Positions 1 to 8,198 of a DNA stretch of 45,549 nucleotides are shown here, in pieces (position 1 is the stretch's first letter; each line of letters begins with the position of its first letter). The notes beneath the pieces were generated by a model that was not told where the DNA came from, did no database searches, and was given only the letters and a program-made list of their open reading frames with translations. The position numbers and the translations under genes are program-made. Origin of the DNA: Candidatus Micrarchaeia archaeon (GTDB lineage Archaea > Micrarchaeota > Micrarchaeia > Norongarragalinales > UBA8480); assembly GCA_039794045.1 (NCBI GenBank), contig JBAMLY010000003.1:1-45549 (forward strand), in the 5' to 3' direction.

Positions 1-36
1 CAACGCAAGACTAACGCTTTACAAGATTAAAAACCT

Positions 37-165
37 GCCCGCGACGGGGGACACCACTCGCCAGTGTTTGGCAGCGTGGCTCGCAGTTTCCCCCTTGCCC
101 GGGCACGGCGTTCCCCCTTCCACCCCAGCTATTCTCTAGCCCGCGACGGGGGACACCACTCGCCA
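37..165. repeat. Two identical 27-bp direct repeats (GCCCGCGACGGGGGACACCACTCGCCA) at 37-63 and 139-165, with degenerate similarity continuing about 25 bp downstream of each
   Basis: Read directly: period 102 bp; downstream GGCAGCGTGGCTCGCAGT versus GACAACGCGGCTGCAGT. Confidence 0.85.
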
Positions 166-241
166 CTACCTGACAACGCGGCTGCAGTCGCGGCGAAAAC
201 CGAGTTCCGTCACGCGCAACGAGTATTATTTATTTGTTCGC

Positions 242-1510
242 GTGCAACAATGCTGCGTGCAAGAAGCAAAGCGACTCATTCTAGAAAAAACTTTGTGGAG
301 CGAGCAAAAACTCTCTCAAGAAGTAGCAGCGAAAATCAAGGAATTCGCTGGCTTGTTGACTGAAGAAGGCGCGCTTGAAATGATTGCGCGAGAAAACCAA
401 GTCGAGCTTCCCCCAAAGACTAGAACCGCAAACTTTCAGTCGTGGGAGGAAACAGAAGCTGGAAGGGAAGCAAGCTTCGTGGCGCGCGTAAAACACGTTT
501 TCCCGCCCAAAGAATTCGAGCGCGGAAACAGGAAAGGCAGGGTGTGCAACGTCTTGCTTGAAAACGAGAAAGGCGCGACTGCTTCCCTTGTGTTATGGAA
601 CCGAGACTGCGCGTTGGCGGAAAAATTCGAGCGCGGCCAAGAAATAGAAGTCGAAAACGCTTTAGTCAAGAACAAGAACCCGTTAGAGTTTCACGCCACG
701 ATTGCCACGCAGTTGAACGCGCGCACCGGCGAGCGAAAGCAAGCAAAAAAAATTGGCGAGCTGCGAGAAGGAGAGGAAGCAGACTTTTTCGCGCGAGTGC
801 TGGACGCAAGCGAAGTAAAGGAATTCGAGAAGCAAAACAAGAAGAGCGGCGCCAAGGAAACCGGGAAAGTGGCGCGCTTGGTGTTAGCCGACGACACTGG
901 AAAAATCGCTGCCATCTTGTGGGACGAAAACGCCGAGACAGCAAAATTGTTGCGGGCAGGCGACGCAGTAAAAATAGAGTCCGCCCTCATAAAAAAAGGC
1001 GTCAGCTGCTTGGAAGCACACTTGGGTTGGAGGGCACGGTTAATGCGCAACCCGCAAGCCCACGGATTAGCTGAAAGGGAAGCGCTGTGGGAAACGCATT
1101 TCCCGCCAAAAAAAATTAGTGAATTAAGGGAAGGGGAAAGCGCTTCAATTCAAGCGAGAATACGTGAATTGGGGGGAGCGCGGTTCTTCCGCAAGTGCCG
1201 AAAGTGCGGCAAGAACATTAACTTGCACGAAACAACGTGCTCGTGCGGCTCCACTGATTACAGGGACGTCGCAATGCTTGAAGCGCTTTTGGCAGACGAA
1301 AGCAGTGAAATGCGCGTCATCTTCTTCGGACGAGAAGCCGCGCACTTTCTTGGAATGAATTCAATCACTATAGACCCCCAAACAGTGTTAGAGTTGAAGA
1401 AGCCGAGCTTGACCGGAAAAACCACGAGAATAATAGTTCAAGCTAAGAAAGGATTGGTGAGCGGCAAGCTCGAGGGAGTCTGCAAGCACGTCGTAAGCGC
1501 GCCATCGTAA
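242..1510 (+). CDS. rpa: Replication protein A (multi-OB-fold ssDNA-binding protein with Zn finger)
   Basis: N-terminal GLLTEEGALEMIA motif; repeated OB folds (GRVCNVLL..LVLWN, GKVARLVLADDTGKIAAILWD, LADESSEMRVIFFG); CRKC..CSC Zn finger; exact start uncertain. Confidence 0.85.
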   Translation: MQQCCVQEAKRLILEKTLWSEQKLSQEVAAKIKEFAGLLTEEGALEMIARENQVELPPKTRTANFQSWEETEAGREASFVARVKHVFPPKEFERGNRKGRVCNVLLENEKGATASLVLWNRDCALAEKFERGQEIEVENALVKNKNPLEFHATIATQLNARTGERKQAKKIGELREGEEADFFARVLDASEVKEFEKQNKKSGAKETGKVARLVLADDTGKIAAILWDENAETAKLLRAGDAVKIESALIKKGVSCLEAHLGWRARLMRNPQAHGLAEREALWETHFPPKKISELREGESASIQARIRELGGARFFRKCRKCGKNINLHETTCSCGSTDYRDVAMLEALLADESSEMRVIFFGREAAHFLGMNSITIDPQTVLELKKPSLTGKTTRIIVQAKKGLVSGKLEGVCKHVVSAPS

Positions 1511-1679
1511 CCACTCAATCCACTGTTGTTCAGTGGAAAGCTGCTGGCATCTCGCCTTTTAAATAATTTTAGTTTCACTCTTCTTGCTTGGAGTCTCAAC
1601 GAAAAAATCGGTTGCTCCAGTGAATGATTAAGGCGCGAAAATGCCTTCCAATGAAGGCTCTTGCGCGAGGTGGTTTGAA

Positions 1680-2648
1680 ATGGCGAAGGAAGAAGCAAAA
1701 AAGAAAATCTCTTGCATTGAAGACTTGCCCGGAATAGGGGACTCCACTGCAACGAAGCTCAGGGAAGCCGGCTACGACTCAATTGAAAGCATTGCTTACA
1801 GCATGCCCAGCGAGCTCGTGGAAGTCGCTGGACTGGGGGAAGGCACAGCCATAAAAGCCATTAATGCCGCGCGCGACGCCCTCGAAATGGGTTATGAGAA
1901 CGGCGTCGCAGTCATGGAGCGCAGGAAACTCATTGGAAGAATTACTACTGGCTCCAAAGAACTTGATGCTTTGCTGGGTGGGGGAGTTGAAACTCAAGCT
2001 ATCACAGAAGCGTTCGGCAAGTTTGGTTCTGGAAAGAGCCAGCTCGCATTCCAGTTGTGCGTGAACGCGCAACTCCCAAAAGAAAAAGGCGGCCTCGAAG
2101 GCGGCGTTCTCTTCGTTGACACCGAAAACACTTTCAGGCCCGAGCGCATAGCACAAATGGCGCAAGCAAAAGGACTAGACCCCCAAGAAGTACTGAAAAA
2201 CATTCAAGTGGCGCGTTCCTACAACAGCGACCACCAAATGCTCTTGATAGACAAGGCAGAAGAAATAATCAAGGAAAACAAAATAAAATTAATCGTAGTA
2301 GACTCGCTTACTTCTGGTTTCAGGAGCGACTACGTCGGAAGAGGACAGCTCGCAGAACGCCAGCAAAAACTCAACAAGCACTTGCACGCCCTCCAAAAAA
2401 TGGCGGACATGTACAACTTAGCCGTTTACGTAACAAACCAAGTAATGGACCGCCCCGACGTGTTGTTCGGCGACCCGACCGCGCCAGTCGGCGGAAACGT
2501 GATAGCCCACCAAAGCACTTACCGCGTCTACCTGCGCCGCAGCAAGGAAGACAGGCGCATAGCAAAACTAGTTGACTCACCCAACCTGCCAGACGGAGAA
2601 TGCGTTTTCAGAGTCACTCCCGAGGGCTTGGCTGACGCCGACTCCTGA
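1680..2648 (+). CDS. radA: DNA repair and recombination protein RadA
   Basis: N-terminal HhH (IEDLPGIG), Walker [37 protein letters not shown] before ATG 1680. Confidence 0.97.
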   Translation: MAKEEAKKKISCIEDLPGIGDSTATKLREAGYDSIESIAYSMPSELVEVAGLGEGTAIKAINAARDALEMGYENGVAVMERRKLIGRITTGSKELDALLGGGVETQAITEAFGKFGSGKSQLAFQLCVNAQLPKEKGGLEGGVLFVDTENTFRPERIAQMAQAKGLDPQEVLKNIQVARSYNSDHQMLLIDKAEEIIKENKIKLIVVDSLTSGFRSDYVGRGQLAERQQKLNKHLHALQKMADMYNLAVYVTNQVMDRPDVLFGDPTAPVGGNVIAHQSTYRVYLRRSKEDRRIAKLVDSPNLPDGECVFRVTPEGLADADS

Positions 2649-3225
2649 AAAGAGGCCCCAAGTCCTCTTTTTCCTTTGAATCAGTTCCCCTGAGTTCCTG
2701 CAAGCGAGACAACAAGGAAAGAACCTCTCTAGACTTCGGGTGGTTGACGCGCTTCAAGAAGTCCCTAAGCTTCCCCGCATCAATATCACTTACTTCAAAG
2801 AAGAACGGCTCGCCCGGCCTCCCCGAAGGAAAGTCAACATTCGCAGGATTAAGGTTAGGCACTACGCCCGCCTCCAAAAACTTTTTTGCTGCCTCCTTGA
2901 ACTCGGCACTCAAAGCACGCTGTGAGTGAATCCAGCCCGCCCCACTGCTTTCCCTCTCGTAAAAGTTTTTGACAAACGCCTCGTATTCCGGGCTAAGCTT
3001 CACTCGCTTGCTGTAAAGCTCGGGCTTCCGCTTCCCAGCTGAAACCGCGCGAAAAAAGTGAAGAAAACTCCCCGGAAAAAGAGCAGAAGCTATCGCGTGC
3101 TTGTAAAACTCTTCCTTTACTCGCGCCTTCGGCGACGCGAACTTCTTCAAAACAACGCCGCCAGGAAGAAAATAAATTCGTCCCTCGTGCCCTTCCACGA
3201 AAAAACGCGAGCCCTTCAAAACCAT
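2614..3225 (-). CDS. Hypothetical protein with degenerate protein-kinase-like motifs
   Basis: EGHEGRIY (Gly-loop-like), VVLKKF (VAIK-like), PNLNPANV (catalytic-loop-like), FFFEV at the DFG position; overlaps the radA 3' end. Confidence 0.55.
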   Translation of the reverse strand: MVLKGSRFFVEGHEGRIYFLPGGVVLKKFASPKARVKEEFYKHAIASALFPGSFLHFFRAVSAGKRKPELYSKRVKLSPEYEAFVKNFYERESSGAGWIHSQRALSAEFKEAAKKFLEAGVVPNLNPANVDFPSGRPGEPFFFEVSDIDAGKLRDFLKRVNHPKSREVLSLLSRLQELRGTDSKEKEDLGPLFRSRRQPSPRE

Positions 3226-3257
3226 GAAAATAAAAAAAGAAAAAAGAATAAAAAAGA

Positions 3258-4616
3258 CTACGAAGCCAGAATGATTCTCGTGGACGGCGCCTTACGCGTG
3301 ATAGTGCCCGCCCGAATTCCGGCAATGTACTCTACCTTCTTTTGCTCGGCCGCGTCAACCAAGCGCTGCGTGACTATTCCATCCAAAACAACTGCCCCCA
3401 CCACCGGAGCCGAAGCAATAGCTGAAAGCACGTCGCGAATGGGCACTTCAGCCACCACTGCCAAGTCAGCATCTAAAACGCGGGCCTTCAAAGAACCCTC
3501 TAGTTCTTTCAGCATTGCCTTCAAAGCCGCCGCCTTCGCTGGATCCGCTGGAAGGTCTGGCTCCACGCGCGGCACCGCCACAGGCTTTTGCTCTACCGCC
3601 TGCGGAACAGCCACGGCCTGGTGGTGGAGCGGCGCAGGCGCGGAAACGCGTTGCTCCCTCGAGCGAGCATGTTGAGACGGCGCGGTTTGAGGCCTTGCCT
3701 GAACACCAGAAACTCCCGCCGCGGAAAGCGACTCATTAAACGAAGCAGGACTCAACCTCGCAAGCTTTGCCTCGCTGCGCTTCTCTCCAGCGTACCCTTC
3801 CACTTGCTCGAGCGGAACACGCTTGCGCAAAGCCATTATTATTTCCTTGCGCGTGAGTTCCTCTACTTCCTTGCCAGGAGGAGCACGCGCCACGAAGTCA
3901 ACGTCAGTGGCTGCCACGAGTTCCCTCAAAATAATATCTCCGCCGCGGTCGCCGTCAAGGAACACCGTAGTCTCTTTCTCACGACAAAGCTGGGCAATCG
4001 TCTTGCCAACGTTCGCTCCACCCACGGCCACCACGTTCTTAATGCCGTTCTTCAAGAGGTTGGCGACGTCAGCGCGCCCTTCTACCACTATAATAGAATC
4101 AGAAGACTGGACTGCCGGCCCAGCAGGCAACTTGTCTTCCCCATAAGTGCCGACGTCGCTAACGCGCACTTCCTCGCGCACGAGCTCCGAGAGCTCCTTG
4201 CTTTCAGGAAGCTCTTCAACTATCATTGTCTTCAACAAGTTCTTAGCACGGTCAAGCACCTGCTTTCTCTTGAGGCTACGCGTGTCCTCTATTTTCGCGA
4301 CGCTTATGCGCGCCTCGCAAGGACCAACCCGGTCCACTACCTCCAAACTCGCAGCCAAAATAGAGGTTTCAACCATGTCAAGAGAAGAAGGAACCAAAAT
4401 CGTTCCCACCGTCTTGCCGTTACGCACCTGCGTTTCAACCTCTATTCTCCCAAGCCTGCCGTTCTTCTGCAACTCCCTCAAGTCAAGTTCGTCACCCAAA
4501 AGCCCTTCAGTCTGGCCAAAAATAGCTCCCACGATGTCAGGCTTGTCTATAATGCCGTCAACCTCAAAATTGGCTTTAACCAAGTACTTTACCGTGTCAA
4601 TGTAAGTCTTTCCCAT
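3258..4616 (-). CDS. dnaG: Archaeal DnaG (bacterial-type primase homolog, exosome-associated)
   Basis: VDGIIDKPDIVGAIFGQTEGLLG, Toprim IIVVEGRADV and FLDGDRGG, APPGKEVEEL, DGIVTQRLVD. Confidence 0.96.
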   Translation of the reverse strand: MGKTYIDTVKYLVKANFEVDGIIDKPDIVGAIFGQTEGLLGDELDLRELQKNGRLGRIEVETQVRNGKTVGTILVPSSLDMVETSILAASLEVVDRVGPCEARISVAKIEDTRSLKRKQVLDRAKNLLKTMIVEELPESKELSELVREEVRVSDVGTYGEDKLPAGPAVQSSDSIIVVEGRADVANLLKNGIKNVVAVGGANVGKTIAQLCREKETTVFLDGDRGGDIILRELVAATDVDFVARAPPGKEVEELTRKEIIMALRKRVPLEQVEGYAGEKRSEAKLARLSPASFNESLSAAGVSGVQARPQTAPSQHARSREQRVSAPAPLHHQAVAVPQAVEQKPVAVPRVEPDLPADPAKAAALKAMLKELEGSLKARVLDADLAVVAEVPIRDVLSAIASAPVVGAVVLDGIVTQRLVDAAEQKKVEYIAGIRAGTITRKAPSTRIILAS

Positions 4617-4622
4617 TTCACG

Positions 4623-5054
4623 TCACACTCTCCTCGGCTTAACGCCGCGATTTACTGCGCCAGCAAGTTCTTCCTGCAAGCGCTCGAAAGCAGTCCCGAC
4701 TTCTTCCACGCAACGAACGCCAAAAAGACGGCGAAAATCCCTGCGCAGGCGATCGTCAACCCTCACTCCCTCAAGCGAAAGAAGCTCCTTCAACTCCGCC
4801 GCCTTGCGCTCGCCCTCCAAGTCAAAGTCGGTCAGCAACACGACCCTCCCCCCGCCAGCCAAGCCGGCAACCCGCCTGGCAACGCCCTCCAAACGCCCCA
4901 CGGCGAGAACCACTCGAGCCACGACTCCAACGCCAGCGAGAGCAGCAGCATCACGCTTTCCCTCAACGACGACAACCGAACCAGAAAGCGCCTCGAAAGT
5001 CTTGTCAAGCAACTTCTTCCGCTCAGCCAAAATACTACGGCTCAAGGAGTTCAC
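4623..5054 (-). CDS. Small Toprim-domain protein (RNase M5-like)
   Basis: VVVVEGKRD and LLTDFDLEG Toprim motifs; directly upstream of dnaG. Confidence 0.85.
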   Translation of the reverse strand: MNSLSRSILAERKKLLDKTFEALSGSVVVVEGKRDAAALAGVGVVARVVLAVGRLEGVARRVAGLAGGGRVVLLTDFDLEGERKAAELKELLSLEGVRVDDRLRRDFRRLFGVRCVEEVGTAFERLQEELAGAVNRGVKPRRV

Positions 5055-5213
5055 TCAAGAAAGCCCAGAGCCGCACGCTGTTGGCTTTTTTTCACTCCGG
5101 CCACTCGGCCAGTCGAAAAGTCATCCGCGTGCGGCGCAAACTTAAGGGTTTAAACTGCTTTTAATGAATTGCGCAGCAGACCACCGCAATCCACTAACGC
5201 TGTAGGACCGCGT

Positions 5214-5642
5214 TCAAAACATCTTAAGCCTCGCTTTAGCCGTTTCCGCGATCAAGTCGTACAAAGAAGGAGAAATGCGTATGATGTCCTTCTGCGAAAT
5301 AATTCCAATTACTTCGCCGTTCCTGGCCACCGCCAACCTCTTCACGTTCTTTTCGCCCATCATCCTTGCCGCTTCACTCAAGTCAGCGTCAGCGGCGATA
5401 GTCAAAACCGGCTTGGAAGCAACTTCCTTCACCACCGCTCCGCACTTGTTGGCGGCAAGAACCTTCACAACCAAGTCACGCTCTGACACGATGCCATAAA
5501 TCTTGTTCGAAGCATTGGTTACGAGCACGCTTCCCACATTATTGTCACGCATTAAAGAAGCCGCCTCGTAAGCCGGAGCGTCGTCCCTTATAGTGACCAG
5601 GGAAGTCTTCATACAATCTCCAACCTTGACTCCCGTCTGCAT
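5214..5642 (-). CDS. CBS-domain pair protein
   Basis: Two CBS repeats (MRDNNVGSVLV..GIVSERD; MGEKNVKRLAV..GIISQKD). Confidence 0.92.
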   Translation of the reverse strand: MQTGVKVGDCMKTSLVTIRDDAPAYEAASLMRDNNVGSVLVTNASNKIYGIVSERDLVVKVLAANKCGAVVKEVASKPVLTIAADADLSEAARMMGEKNVKRLAVARNGEVIGIISQKDIIRISPSLYDLIAETAKARLKMF

Positions 5643-5703
5643 GAAGTTGTTAAGCCAAAACTAGTATTTATACTTTGCAACGCAAGAACACTAAGGAAAC
5701 AAA

Positions 5704-6090
5704 ATGGGCAAGGGCGCGTACCTAAGAGGAGCTCGCTTCGAGCGCCAACTCAAGCAAGCACTCACAGACAAAGGCTTCTGCGTAGTGCGCAGCAGCAAAA
5801 GCGGCGTCGACGGCGTAAGCCCCGACTTGGTGGTGCTGGGAAGCACTAAACGCTTCGCACTCGAATGCAAAGCCTGGCAAGCCAGCAGCCTCCACTTCGA
5901 CGCCAAAAAAATAGAGATAATGCAGCAATGGGAACAACGCGCAGGCATTCCATACTACATTGCGTGGAAGAGAAACCACAAAGAATGGCGCTTCTTCCCC
6001 CTCGCAGCCCTAAAACAAACCCCCCGCGGCTACACCCTCAACGAAAACGACCTCGACGCTGGACTGACACTCGAAAAACTCCTCTCCTAA
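5704..6090 (+). CDS. hjc: Holliday junction resolvase Hjc
   Basis: GARFEREL-like N-terminus (GARFERQL), VVRSSKSG, PDLV..ALECK PD-(D/E)xK motif. Confidence 0.88.
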   Translation: MGKGAYLRGARFERQLKQALTDKGFCVVRSSKSGVDGVSPDLVVLGSTKRFALECKAWQASSLHFDAKKIEIMQQWEQRAGIPYYIAWKRNHKEWRFFPLAALKQTPRGYTLNENDLDAGLTLEKLLS

Positions 6091-6148
6091 AATGTCACTA
6101 CCAATAAGTTTATAAATTATTAAATGCTTAATTGTTGTGGGCGAAAAA

Positions 6149-6523
6149 ATGAGGTACCACCGCACTCTTTCAGAGGTCGCGCAAGAAGTCAGCTCCTCCT
6201 CCAGCAGCAAGCAAAATTATCCGCAGCAATACGTTCCAATGTTCTTGCCAATAGCAGTAACGAAGGAAGCCAGCAAAGGGGCAATGGAAATCCAGACGAG
6301 GCAAAAATTTCTTTCCGTAGCAATACCAATGTGGCGCGCTTACCACTTACACAAAATCTACGCAATAATACTCGGAATCGTTGCAGTACTCACGTTCCCG
6401 TTAAACGTTTACATCAGCGCCGCGGCAGCCGCTCTCGCGGGACGTTATTACGGCGACTACGTATGGAAATGGTTCTTCATCCACAAATTTCTCAAGAAAA
6501 GATGGCTCTTGGAGGGCACGTAA
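6149..6523 (+). CDS. Unknown membrane protein (2 TM hairpin), paralog of 7246-7752
   Basis: Hydrophobic IYAIILGIVAVLTFPLNVYISAAAAALAG; first gene of a tight operon after a TATA-like TTTATAAA at about 6109. Confidence 0.7.
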   Translation: MRYHRTLSEVAQEVSSSSSSKQNYPQQYVPMFLPIAVTKEASKGAMEIQTRQKFLSVAIPMWRAYHLHKIYAIILGIVAVLTFPLNVYISAAAAALAGRYYGDYVWKWFFIHKFLKKRWLLEGT

Positions 6524-6535
6524 AGGCGATAGAAA

Positions 6536-6901
6536 ATGGCACAACAAATCATTGAAAACCAAACAGCGTTCAAGGGAATACAGTTGCCAAGCGAAAAAAA
6601 AGAAGGCAAGAAATACGTAACCTCGCTCGGCCTAAAGTACGACTCCCACCTAAGGCCAACCATGCGCGCGAGCACGCGCTGGGACTACTTAACCGAATAC
6701 ATCGGGTTCTACATCGACCACTACCGCTTCCTATTATACGCAATAATTCTCGTAATAGGAGGAATTTTGTTGTTGAACGTGTTCGCCCCAGTCGCGCTAT
6801 TAATGATCGCGTTGGGAGCCAAGTACAAGAGCATGTCATGGTGGGACCGCTTCATCTACAACGACTTTGGTAAGGAAAGGTCGCTGGTATTAATGAACTG
6901 A
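6536..6901 (+). CDS. Unknown membrane protein (2 TM hairpin), paralog of 7764-8045
   Basis: TRWDYL motif followed by a hydrophobic hairpin. Confidence 0.72.
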   Translation: MAQQIIENQTAFKGIQLPSEKKEGKKYVTSLGLKYDSHLRPTMRASTRWDYLTEYIGFYIDHYRFLLYAIILVIGGILLLNVFAPVALLMIALGAKYKSMSWWDRFIYNDFGKERSLVLMN

Positions 6902-6911
6902 GGAGATAAAA

Positions 6912-7241
6912 GTGTTCGGAGACAATGCTTTCTGGGAAAAAATCGGCTTTCGCTCTGCCGGCCCAACCAACCTGTTAAACATCGGTTTTGGCGAAGCACG
7001 CTTTAAGGAAGGCAAAGATGAAGACGGCTACGACACAAAACAATTAACAACGCCCGACGTGCTCACGCAAGCAATGAGCTTGCTTGAAGACTTCACCCCA
7101 ATAAAGCCAGTAATGGGAAAAAACATTAACGGATTCGAAGACGCAATGATGAAGGGAACACTGTTCGGCGTTCCACACGAAATAATTTGGAGCCTTGTCC
7201 TAGCAGGAATAGCTGTTGCCCTCATAAATACAATGGTGTAA
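6912..7241 (+). CDS. Unknown protein with a single C-terminal TM helix
   Basis: GAGGAG SD before GTG; C-terminal IIWSLVLAGIAVALINTMV. Confidence 0.7.
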   Translation: MFGDNAFWEKIGFRSAGPTNLLNIGFGEARFKEGKDEDGYDTKQLTTPDVLTQAMSLLEDFTPIKPVMGKNINGFEDAMMKGTLFGVPHEIIWSLVLAGIAVALINTMV

Positions 7242-7245
7242 GAAA

Positions 7246-7752
7246 ATGAATTTGCAGCAAGCGAAACAAATGCTCGCTCCCTCCAACCAAAAAAAAGAGG
7301 AGACAATCCCAGACGAAGTCTTCTGGGCCAAAGTAATAAAGAGCACGCTCACCGCAGAACCACTCAATCCAATGGCGGCCGAAGCCCAAAAGCCAACGAA
7401 CACGCAAAACCCACAACCCCCCCTCAAAGAACAACAAATACCAATGTACGTCCCAGGAAGAGCTGAAGAAAAAATTCACACGCTAACCGGAAAAAACGAG
7501 CCTATCCACGTAATGGAAATGCTTACCCGCAAGCAAATAATGTGCAATCAAACCAAGGCAGTAAGCGATATTTACCGCAACTACTTCCTAGCTTGGGTGT
7601 TCTTGTTCGCCACCATCGCATTGGCTTTCTTCAACGTCTACGCCGCAGCCGTAACCGCTTACCTTGCAGGACACTTTTGGAGCGAAAAATGCATTGGAGT
7701 CGCATGGGACGTCCAGTGGCTGAAAGGAAAAACTCTGTTGTCTGCAGCGTGA
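7246..7752 (+). CDS. Unknown membrane protein (2 TM hairpin), paralog of 6149-6523
   Basis: QQIPMYVP..MEMLTR..FFNVYAAAVTAYLAG..WLKGKTLL aligns with the first operon gene. Confidence 0.72.
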   Translation: MNLQQAKQMLAPSNQKKEETIPDEVFWAKVIKSTLTAEPLNPMAAEAQKPTNTQNPQPPLKEQQIPMYVPGRAEEKIHTLTGKNEPIHVMEMLTRKQIMCNQTKAVSDIYRNYFLAWVFLFATIALAFFNVYAAAVTAYLAGHFWSEKCIGVAWDVQWLKGKTLLSAA

Positions 7753-7763
7753 GGTGAAAAAAA

Positions 7764-8045
7764 ATGGCTGAAATAATAACTACCTCTGTTCTGGCTGACG
7801 CGAAAACACCTTTCCTCAAAGCAGAAACGCGCTGGGATTACTTGGAAGACAAGATAAAATTGTGGAAGAACTACATTCGCTGGCGCAGCTACATGTACAT
7901 CCTCGGCATAGCAGGAATAATTTTCTTGTTCACTTTCCCGTTGCTCGCGCCACCCTGCCTCGCTCTCTCGCTCTACTACGAACGCCGCAAAGAACACATG
8001 AAAGACCAAATCGGTTCAAGCCGCATCGTAATGATAGGACACTAA
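7764..8045 (+). CDS. Unknown membrane protein (2 TM hairpin), paralog of 6536-6901
   Basis: GAGGTGA SD; ETRWDYL motif; hydrophobic hairpin. Confidence 0.72.
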   Translation: MAEIITTSVLADAKTPFLKAETRWDYLEDKIKLWKNYIRWRSYMYILGIAGIIFLFTFPLLAPPCLALSLYYERRKEHMKDQIGSSRIVMIGH

Positions 8046-8096
8046 CCAATCAACGGCAGCGCAGGAACTCCAACCAACGCAGGCACGCTTTAGCGC

Positions 8097-8150
8097 GGCC
8101 GCGAAGACGCCGCAAATTTTTCGCCCCGGCGCCCTCTCGCGGCCTTTCTT
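8097..8150 (+). terminator. GC-rich stem-loop followed by a T-rich tract, probable terminator of the membrane-protein operon
   Basis: GGCCGCGA..CGCCG / CGGCG..TCGCGGCC then TTTCTT. Confidence 0.45.
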
Positions 8151-8198
8151 GCTAAGCCTTAGCTTGTTTTTTAAATTTTCTCAGAGTACTCTATTTCC

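Noticed and set aside
37..165. CRISPR array
   Set aside because: Only two repeat copies, a 75-bp spacer that is itself partly repeated, and no cas genes in the window
40..170. Fluoride riboswitch (minus strand GGCGAGTGGTGTCCCCC resembles GGCGATGGTGTTCGCC)
   Set aside because: P1 does not pair properly and the 3' CTxATGAC..CTAC element is missing
3588..5153. 521-aa plus-strand ORF
   Set aside because: Antisense shadow of dnaG and the toprim gene with unnatural composition
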